Shown here in pieces: positions 54,501-64,000 of a stretch of DNA of 64,000 bases. Every line of letters begins with the position of its first letter. Positions within the stretch are counted from its first letter, which is position 1. The DNA comes from Eledone cirrhosa (lineage: Eukaryota). A model generated the notes under the pieces. The model searched no databases and was not told the origin of the DNA. It was given only the letters and a program-made list of their open reading frames with translations. The position numbers and the translations under genes were made by a program. The stretch is from positions 192,448,001-192,512,000 of the forward strand of contig OZ024742.1 of assembly GCA_964016885.1 (NCBI GenBank), read 5' to 3'.

Positions 54501-56699
54501 AATACCATTCTTTCATCTGATACAACACAATAAAAATTTATGCACATGTTATGTTTATCACATATGGAAGATTTCTGACCATTTCAGAATGCAAAGAACT
54601 AAACTAATCATTACAACTAAATTGATCAAATTTTCTCCTCCCACCCCAATTCAGAAATGCTTCTAACCACCCCTGAATATATATATAGAGAGAGAAGAAT
54701 GTGTGAGAAGACACGCACACTTAATCACACACCACAACAGTCGTTCGAGTTTAGCTCTAATAAACGTTGTAAGAAACCAGCACGCTCACAGTATTGCTGT
54801 AAGCAGGGCCTCGAAGAGCAATTTTGCAAGGTGGTACAAGACCCCGTTGAGGCCTGAAGCAGGCAAAGATTTTTATCAAAATGGATGTTGCATGGTTGCT
54901 GTGGGGCCTTCTCAGCCCTTGGGCTCCGGAACAAAGTACCAGCAGGACTCCACTCTCATAGGCCCTGGCTGCGCGTTATAGCGAGACTAAGATGCTAAAT
55001 AACCGAGCACCTTCACAAAGAGATTCACCTGATATATCAGTAAGATGAGCCACCAATTGTGACGCCTTCTCCATTCTGTCCACCGGGTCTGTGGAGAGGC
55101 CAGTACATGGGACCCCATTTGCTCACGATACAGAGAGATGGGGAGGGCGAGAGAGATGGAGGCGATGACAGTGGGAGTTCGGTTCTTCCACGTTCGGACC
55201 ATATCCTTGTGGTTGTGTTTATTATCTATATAGAAAATTATTTATTTCCCTTGTTATATTTGAAATTTGACAAGAACCTTACATCAGGCCCACCGCTGTC
55301 TGAAAAACAAAATGTTTGCCGATAATTCCTCGTCTGTAAAAAAGGAATGTTTAGGAATTTACAATTGGAGAATGTAGTCCTATATAGAATATATTTGAAT
55401 AAAAGGCAGGGAATGGTCATGCTGGAGCACCCTTAACCGTAGGTTTGCTAGATAAAAATAAAAGAAAAAATTACACTACATGATTTTTACGATATTTTTA
55501 CAGAATTACCTCCCTTAATTTTATCCCGTTTAAAATTACATTTTCTCCTCCTAGCTCTCTTCCTCTTTCCCTTTTTCTCTTTCACCCTCTCTCTCGCTCA
55601 CGTGCGTCTTCTTTCATTTCTCTATAATATATACTTTGTCTCGGTATTTACTTTCCCGCGGTTTAACACGTTACACATGCGCATTATTCATTTCCTGATA
55701 ATCAATTATAAATAAACACTATAGTGATGTAGAATTTATCTTTTCCATTAATTTCTCTGTATAATATTTAGCTAGATTAAACAATATAAACACTTTAATG
55801 CTATAACGTTGTAATATTTCTCTTATAAATATATATTATTTTTATATATTTTTCGGACAAGTAAATTTCATCCTACACTAAGGTTTGTGGCACTTTTTTA
55901 AAAATATTTACACCACTATGATTAAGGTATCTTGTGACAGTAGGAAGCCTGGATAATGGAGAACCTAATCGAATATAAGGGTACCATTCATAATAGATCA
56001 CGTTTAAAAAAAAAAAAAGTGGAAATATTTCATCCGAAACACTGGATTCTTTTGCTGAGTAAATTTTTATTATTACACCGTCTACGAGGCAGATGTGATT
56101 TAGTTATTGGGCATGGCAACCACACAATACGAGTGACTTATCACTGTTTCAAAACAAAATATAAGAAACAATTTCACCTTCGAATTTCTACCCCAAATTA
56201 TCAACTAACTACTCTGGTTTCTCTTCAACCCGAGCGGTTAAATATTTCGCTTTTAACTGCTCATAAAATTAAAAATAAAAATACTGTTACATTCGTCTGA
56301 GATACCAGGTGTAATAGTAAAATTTTGTGAATATACTTTCGGGTCTCGAATAATCGACCTCCTCTTTTTTTTTCAGATTTTTTTCAACCCCTCTCTAATT
56401 AAATTTTGCTAATCTATCTCCGGCGATTTTTTTTTTCTTTGTGGTAACATTCCTGCGACAATTAATTTTCATTATACGAGAAATCCCATACATTAAAAGG
56501 GTCTCAATATGTAAACTAAGCGATTACTTCTGGTTTTTAAAAAATCAATGGAGACAACCTAGAAAAATACCGATTTTCGAAGTCCCATATTGTTTGTAAC
56601 CCTAGTACACACTAGAAGTTAAGGTTCTCTCGTCGACTTATCTGAGAGCGGGAGATAGAGAAAGCGGAGCATCCTCAATCTTTAAAGAAAATGAACATA

Positions 56700-57420
56700 T
56701 CTCGTCATATTCACCTGACCTTTACGAATAAGGTTGACAGAAACTGTAGAAGTACGTCGTATATAAAGGTAAAAAGTTCAAGTGAAGAAAGGGTAAATTT
56801 ATAGAAAAACACCCGCTGGGTTTCGGTGAGAAATTGTTTCCTAGGGATTTAGAGGTTAGATGAAAACGGAGCGTGGTGCGGGGAACATCGGAGTTTTCTT
56901 TAATGTATGTTTTCAACGGATCTGACTAAACCTGAAACCGTTGAGTATTATTCTTTTTTATTTAACCAAACCTCACGACAAATTGTTTAGGGTTAGGGCA
57001 ATATATAGGCAGGGTTGTTTTCGAATCCGGCATTGAAATCTCTCTCTCTCTCTCCATGTAAACAAATTCCCACGCCTTCCGTTTTCGGAGAAAAGGAATC
57101 GTTTCCGAGTGAATTGGTGGTCAGATTTGTTGAAAACGTGAAAACATTCAGAAAAAAAAAATTAAACAAAATAAAAGAATAGAATTGATTTATCACACAC
57201 ATCATCGATATCTCCGTTGCGCCGAAGGCAGTCGATTGTATTTCGTCTGAGGTAGCCAATACACCACACAATATATTTGACCACTTTCTGTGTGAGCACA
57301 AGTAATTTCTTCTGAAAATATCTGGGAGCAGAATTCATAGAAACATGAGCTCAACCCAGGAAAACAGACAAACGCCATCACAATATATACATGGACCGAC
57401 GCCATCTATTAATCCTACTT
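56700..57420. promoter_or_regulatory. Possible promoter / first-exon region
   Basis: Non-repetitive and comparatively CpG-rich; CGCCATCT (YY1-like) near 57400 and ATCGATA near 57204; about 3 kb upstream of the candidate exon at 60568. Confidence 0.3.
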
Positions 57421-58260
57421 AAGTGTTTGATAATTTCCCTGTCTGCCCGTCTTTCTCTATCTCCACACACACACACACACTAGTTCTATACTACTATAAA
57501 CTTGACCACTAACATAACCACCAATACCATAGTCACTACCGCAACTATGACAGTTATCACCGCCAATACCAACACTACACAGCCCCTCCCGACAACCGCC
57601 AACACACTACCACTACTATCACAACACGATGATGACCACGACCGCAGCTGCTAACAACACTGCACTTCTATGGGTGTACTTTCGTTTGACCTTTGCCGAA
57701 CACCTAGACTCGTATATACACATGTATATCTATAACACATCGCAAGCGAGCGGAAACTACCGAAGCCATTTTTTACATAGCTTTGAGCCCAGTCGAAGGA
57801 ATACTTTACCTTTATCGAAATGTAATCAGCCGGTTTGGGACTACCCTTTCCAAGGCTAATATGTCAGGTGATCCCTATGTTAATGGCACTAGCAGCTTTA
57901 AAATCCAATAGAATTTCGTTAAGAATTTGGAATCATCCAAATATAGTAATCGTTAGAGCGTCGGACAACATGCTTTGCTTCATAGAGTTACGGCCCTTTA
58001 CTTTCTGAGTTCAAATCCTGCCGAGGTTAACTTTGCCTTTCATCCTTACAGAGTCGATAAAAATAGAGTACCAGTAACGCACTGCGGTTTGATTTAATCA
58101 ACTTTCCCCTATCCCTTCAAATTGCTAGCCTTGTACCAAATGTAGAAATTTATATTATCCTGTATTTGTTAACATCAATATGCAAATCAAGCCGATCAGT
58201 CACTTTATTTCAGCAAATATATATTTTTACTAGCTCTGACAGTTGGCAGGTAAGAAGTAT

Positions 58261-58307
58261 ACGGTACTGATGAAGGGTAATCACCCAGAAACATTAGTGT
58301 CTGCCGT
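58261..58307 (+). ncRNA. Compact type I hammerhead ribozyme motif
   Basis: ACGGTA CTGATGA A-GGGT-AATC-ACCC-A GAA ACA-TTAG-TGT C TGCCGT: three stems, intact core, GUC site. Confidence 0.75.
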
Positions 58308-58849
58308 TCTGTTTATATGCCAACACAAGAGCAAGAATGACGAGGTCATTCTACTGACATGGCTTAAAGAGGCTGTTTGCATGATTGCAACCGAATCAAA
58401 TATGAATATTTGACAAACTCAGATTACAATTTTTTTATATATTCCTGTATATAACACTATTTTAATGGGTGTTTTCTGTAATCTGTTATCAATTTCTATC
58501 GATTTTGTTCAGATGTATTGTCGGTTACACAATAATTCTTGATATCTTAACATTTTATTCCATTTGGCTATGGAAGCAGTGATCCTCACTTTTACTGCAT
58601 CATCCAGGATAGGAAGGAGCAGAAGTGTCCCTATTAACTCTGGACAATCCAGCCAGCTCCAGAATTGAGGGGATATTTACCTACGCGAGGACCTGCTTAA
58701 GTTTAGCTCAGTATAGCTAGCGAAGTAACCTGCTGTAAGACAAACCATGAAAACCTGTGGAATTAAAGGGCATACCACAGTGACATTTCAGTCCTCCATA
58801 GACATCAGTTCCAACTCTTAGTACAATGGAGATACACAGCTCATCTAGG

Positions 58850-59300
58850 CTGAGTAAGCCACTTATGTTGGCTAATTTTGCACTCATGGAAAGTAGGTGG
58901 CACCATTAGATCAAATTGATCAAAGAGAAAATTGAAAGTATCTTGAATGTAAATTGTCCCAAACTCTCTGCTTCAGTCAATCCTCCTCTATATCAGAAAC
59001 TGACTAATCTAGCTCCCTCCATTGTAGTAGAGTTTCATCCATCTCCTTGCTGGAACTAGTCCCTGTTGGAGAGCAGAGGATGTTACCCACCAAAGGGGAG
59101 GAAGCATGGATGGAGGAAAGAAAGCAGGGAAGAGAGAGAGAAGAGCATTTACTCAGACCTAGACCCCCAAATCGTTTGGGCAACACAGTCTGGTCACGAG
59201 TCTCTGGAGAGAGTCTGATGTTGACCAAGTATTTGAGTTTACAGAAAATCAGGTCACCAAAGCATTGGAGAGATGACGAGAATCTACAGGAGTGACTTAG
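58850..59300 (-). mobile_element. Decayed CRE-like non-LTR fragment (post-RT region)
   Basis: QTVLPKRFGGLGLSKCSSLSLPCFLSS matches the Q..LP...GGLG......A.PA.L.S motif. Confidence 0.65.
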
Positions 59301-59514
59301 AAATCAATATGTAAACAGTTCAATAGTTTGCTTATGTTGAGAAACTGTGGTTAAGGACCCAGAACTTGTATTTAGAGCTTTTGAATTGAACCTTTTTGAC
59401 ACTAAACCCTAAGTTTTTTATTCTAATATGTTTATATTGTAAAACTTTCATCATAATTGTACGTAGAACATTGTAAATTGTGCTCCAGATACCAACTTAA
59501 TAACTCTCTCTAGC

Positions 59515-59793
59515 TCTTTAAAGTCTGTCTCAAGCCAGGAGGTTTGTCAGGCTGTTGCTTATCCCTGGTGCTTATCTTCATGGTGTGAAGTGACTGAGAG
59601 TACAAGACTTCCCCCTAGACATGATGCCAGTCCATTGCAAGGTTAAACCCCCAGCTATTGTTGTTACATGTTTTCAGCAACAAGAAATGAAGTATTTTCC
59701 TAAAGAACATAACACACAACCCAAACCAGGAATTTAACCCAGGACATTATGATCGTAAATCCAACACCCTTACCACTAGGACACGCGCCTCCA
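59515..59793 (-). mobile_element. SINE family B copy
   Basis: Reverse complement of the 4600/8168 element (head GTGGAGGCGCGTGTCCTAGTGGTAAGGG). Confidence 0.75.
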
Positions 59794-60195
59794 CAGTAAT
59801 GTCCACCTCCTATCTTTCTCTGGAAGAAATCTGCTGACTCAGGCCTGGAGCAGGATGGGCTCTGCCAGGCTTAAAATGCCCAAGAAACGCTATATGTCAA
59901 TACGGCGTCTCTACGACTCTATCAGAAGTTACGGGACCATACATAACAGCTATTTCAGTATCCAGTGATAATGCCAGATGCATGTTTCTGGACTTCTATG
60001 TATCGTCAGTGAAACTCACTTTTACTGAGACAAAGGGTTCTCATTTAAATAAAAACCTTCTAACATAACTTCATATAAAAACCATTTGTTAATTTATGTT
60101 ACAAAAACTCTTGATAATCAAATAATTTTAGTGAATCATTTCAAGTTCTTCCTTAATTGTAATACAATAACAAAGAATTAAGAATCTTTTATTAA

Positions 60196-60401
60196 CCCTT
60201 TAGCATTTAAACCGACCTTATCTGGCCAGAATTCTCTCACCTCTTTCTGTTCAAACAGGCCATAACTAGCTACTCATACCAATGTTAAGGTATTGTCCTC
60301 AAAATTTCGTAGCTTCAATATTATGTGAGATAATTATGTAAGATAAAGCCTTTACTGTGAAAATACAATAGTAAATATTGAGTAATGTAAATACTAAAGG
60401 G
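60196..60401. mobile_element. piggyBac-type MITE
   Basis: TTAA|CCCTTTAGCATTTA...TAAATACTAAAGGG|TTAA. Confidence 0.88.
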
Positions 60402-60567
60402 TTAAGTAATGTTACAAATGTCATCTTGATAATGTAATATTTAGTAATTTTAATAAATCCTTAAAATTCTTCCTTAATTCAAGTACAGTATATTTTATTA
60501 GAAATATGATCACAAAAACGTTAAAAAGTAGATAATTTCTTATAAAAGACCCTTTCTTTAAAATTAG

Positions 60568-60707
60568 ATGGACCCCAAAAAGAAGAAGAGGAAGAAGAAG
60601 AAATCTGCTATCCTGGTTACCCAATATACAGAATGGCTGTCCACTGATGACTCCTCAGACAATGATTATATACCAATGGATGACTCTGATGAGGGGGAGA
60701 AATTAGT
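60568..60707 (+). CDS. Candidate first coding exon of an unidentified nuclear protein (MDPKKKKRKKKKSAILVTQYTEWLSTDDSSDNDYIPMDDSDEGEKL...)
   Basis: AG|ATG start, basic NLS-like run plus an acidic patch, GT|GTGAGT donor just before the in-frame stop. Confidence 0.5.
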
Positions 60708-61538
60708 GTGAGTTGACTTGTTTTATTTACTGTTTAGTCACGGAACTTTGACCCTTTTTTGGGCCTTTGAGACAGGTGAAGTGAAGGAACTTTGAGACTG
60801 ATGGTTGGGAGAGAAAGGCAGTAACCTTAACCCTGCTCAAGGCATTTGAGACAGGTGAGGGGAAGGTATCATCAGTCTGGGGACCTAGTTCTAATGCTTA
60901 CAACAGAGTCAGACTCTGCTAATGGCACCCAAGGACCTGTTGGAAGTCTTGTTAAACTGGGCAACAGATTGTTCCCCACCCTTACTTAATGTAAATCTGC
61001 AATTGAGGGGCAAAAGCTAAACATGTACTAATAGATTTAAATTAGTTTTAGATAATGAAAAATTTAAATACAAGTGATTTGTGAAAGCATTTTACAAGAG
61101 ATAAGAGTAATTAATATTCATATGTAGTTTAATTCAAGTGAACTCCACTCAAAGCAGGCATTTCTCTAACGATTCTGCTGAACACAGCATGGCCAAATGG
61201 TTAAGGAGTTTCCTTGCAATCAAGTGGTAACTTGACCAAGTGTCATTTACCATAGCCTCAGGTTAACAAAAGCCTTTAAGTGAAATTAAGTTGACAAACA
61301 GTTGGAGATAGTTGCTTCTGACAGGACCCACTGGAAGGCATGTTTGAGGACTCTGCCCCCATGACACTCTCAGGAATAAGTGGAAGAAGAAACTGACTGA
61401 AAGCCCATCAGTTTGTCTTTGAGTAGTCAAATAGCAGACCAAACCACACTTATACACCTTTACTGCTTTGTCCCTTAAAAATCTCTTTTTCTCTATACAG
61501 ATATGCAAATACACATATATCTTTACACACATATATAT

Positions 61539-64000
61539 TTACTCCCACTCTCTCTAACATATACGTCCTTCTCGCTCTCTCACTCCCTAATATAAATAAG
61601 AATGTTACGAAGGACAAAACCTCAGAATTTGTCAACTCTTATTAATGGTCAGTCGATTCTACGAAAATGTAATGTATAATATGCATTTTCTTCTTGTCTC
61701 CTAAAACCTGGTTCATTCATCCATATATATCTACAATCATTGCTTACCTATAATTCCGTCTCACTGTTCTAAATAATCTTCTCCACGCTTGTTCTAAATA
61801 ATCTTCTCTTTGCTAACTTGTTCTAAATAATCTTCACTTTGCTACCATTTTGGCCGAAAAAAAACAAAAAAAAAAATGTTTTTCCAGGATTCATAAAAAT
61901 AGATTCTCTCGCCCCTCAAAATCGCTATTACTCCCACTCTCTCTAACATATACGTCCCTCTCGCTCTCTCACTCCCTAATATAAATAAGAATGTTACGAA
62001 GGACAAAACCTCAGAATTTTTCAACTCTTATTAATGGTCAGTCGATTCTACGAAAATGTAATGTATAATATACATTTTCTTCTTGTCTCCTAAAACCTGG
62101 TTCATTCATCCATATATATCTACAATCGTTGCTTACCTATAATTCCGTCTCACTGTTCTAAATAATCTTCTCCACGCTTGTTCTAAATAATCTTCTCCAC
62201 GCTTGTTCTAAATAATCTTCTCTTTGCTAACTACCCCATACCCCTCCCTCCTGCCGCCACTCTCCACCTTTACTATTTGGACCAATCACAAGTCAACGGC
62301 CTATGCTATCACTTCTGGCTGCTTTTCGATATGATGGATGGACTAAGGATTTTCTGGAGAGTCTGAAGAATCTGGACACTCGATGACAATGCCAAAGATA
62401 ACGACAAATTCATCTCATGCTGCCGGACGAAAGGGCAAGGCCCCCCCCCTCTTTGTTTCGATCGCGGATGGCCAACATAACCCCAAACTCATCCCTCTCA
62501 CCCCTCCCTGCGCCCCATCCTCCACACACAATCCAAAACTTCAGAGTTGGTACCATAAACGTAGGCACCTTAAAAGGCTGCTCTAACGAGGTTGTAGAAT
62601 TGCTTGAACGTAAGGAGGTTGATGTTTGCTGTATCCAAGAGACCAGGTGGAGGGGCGGGTCTGCTAGATTCATTGTGGGTAAAAAACGTTGCTATAAGCT
62701 TTTCTGGGTGGGAAATGACAATGGGATAGGTGGGGTAGGAATCATGTTAGCAGAAAAATGGGTGGATAAGATAATAGATGTAAATAGAGTGAATGACAGA
62801 ATAATTAAAATAAGACTTGTTCTAAACAGAACTACTGTGACAGTGATATCTGCATACGCGCCCCAATCCGGACTGCCTGGCGCTATAAAAGACAGATTCT
62901 ATGAGACACTGATGCTCACTACCTCCCAAATAACCGACAGTGACTATATAATTATTGCTGGCGACCTAAATGGCCACGTTGGACAACATTGTGATGGCTA
63001 TGACGGAATCCACGGAGGCTATGGGTTTGGTACTAGAAACGAGGAAGGCTCCAGAATCCTGGAATTCTGTGATGCAAATAACCTAACTATCTGTAACACT
63101 AACTTCAAAAAACGAGACAATCACTTGATCACCTACAGATCAGGAGAACATACCAGCCAGGTAGATTATATCCTTACCAGAAGACGTGACAGAGTGTCTG
63201 TTGTAAACACTAAATCCCTCCCCCCATGAAGAATGCACCTCCCAACATAGACTGATAATTAGCGACCTCATAGTCAGGACGAGACGTACTAGACAGCAGA
63301 AGAGGACTATCCTCAGGAGAAAAATATGGAAGCTAAAGGATCCCACAGCCAGAAATAAATTTCAAAGCATATTACTTGATGCTTTCGACAGTAAGGAAGA
63401 GCAATTAGAGTCATACAATGTAGAGGAACAGTGGGAATTCCTGAAAGCAAACCTGCTGATGGCGGCAGACGAAGTCTGGGGCTGGAGCAGGCCTGTAGGC
63501 AGGAGGAGAGTAACATGGTGGTGGAACAGTAAGGTGGAGGGGTCAATCAAGGCCAAAAAGCAGGCTTGGAAAGCATGGCGGGATGGGGGAAGTAGAGAAG
63601 ACTATCAAGTGGCCAGGAGGGAAGCTAGGAGACAAGTGTACTTCGCAAGAAGGGAAGCAGAGGAAAGAAAGTTCAAGCATGTTCTACAACGTGAGGACCA
63701 AAAACGTGAGGTGTTCAGGATTGCTAGGCAATGTGTCAAGGAAAACCGTGATATTGTCAGGGAGAAGTGTGTACTTAACGATGATGGCGTACTTGCCATC
63801 ACTGACGCTGATAAGAAGGTAGCTTGGAAGTGTCACTACGAAAGGCTACTAAATGAGGAGAATAAATGGGAGAAAGACAGTCTCCCCCACATCGACCCAA
63901 TAGAGGGACCAGCAGTGTTAGTCGAAGGTCGTATAATAAGTAAGACAATCAAAGATATGAAGACGGGTAAGGCGGCTGGGCCTTCGGAAATAGTTGCTGA
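61539..64000 (+). mobile_element. Young RTE-clade LINE: duplicated 5' region, APE endonuclease and linker, continuing beyond the window
   Basis: GTINVGTL..., CIQETRW, ISAYAPQ, IAGDLNGHVG, TY.SG..SQVDYIL; after a frameshift EECTSQHRLI, WKLKD, TWWWN, MKTGKAAGPSEI. Confidence 0.92.
62417..64000 (+). CDS. RTE ORF (AP-like endonuclease, RT beyond the window) with one extra C at about 63220-63225
   Basis: Removing one C from CTCCCCCCATGAA gives KSLPHEECTSQHR and an open frame to the window end. Confidence 0.8.

Noticed and set aside
60683-60703. CTGATGAGGGGGAGAAA as a hammerhead (also CTGACGAG in SINE B tails and CTCATCAG at about 47321)
   Set aside because: There are no supporting stems or GAAA partner; these are better explained as coding or SINE sequence.

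Overview
AT-rich, microsatellite-saturated animal genomic DNA. The repeat landscape ((TA)n/(CA)n tracts, tRNA-headed SINEs, RTE/CRE/Tx1-like LINE pieces, Penelope-like elements) looks like an octopus-type cephalopod genome; this is inference. The window holds the 3' part of a + strand NOS1AP/CAPON-like gene: five phase-compatible exons at 6051-6095, 22789-22940, 24105-24512, 27040-27180 and 35201-37015, with the PTB-domain exons upstream of the window. There is also a probable first coding exon of a second gene (60568-60707, MDPKKKKRKKKK...) and a young RTE-clade LINE that runs off the right end. The most interesting layer is Penelope-like element (PLE) and hammerhead-ribozyme biology. A young Naiad-type PLE (RT + GIY-YIG) sits in the last NOS1AP intron, with ~690-bp inverted arms that each carry a type I hammerhead motif. 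A second, shorter inverted-arm PLE and several solitary hammerhead motifs are also present. A series of 100-280-bp fold-back palindromes beside (TA)n-type repeats keeps only the 3' half of a hammerhead, at about the same distance from the end as in the full PLEs. This suggests a ribozyme-stem snap-back route that makes hairpin mini-elements. Nearly all ORF-track entries are microsatellite artefacts.
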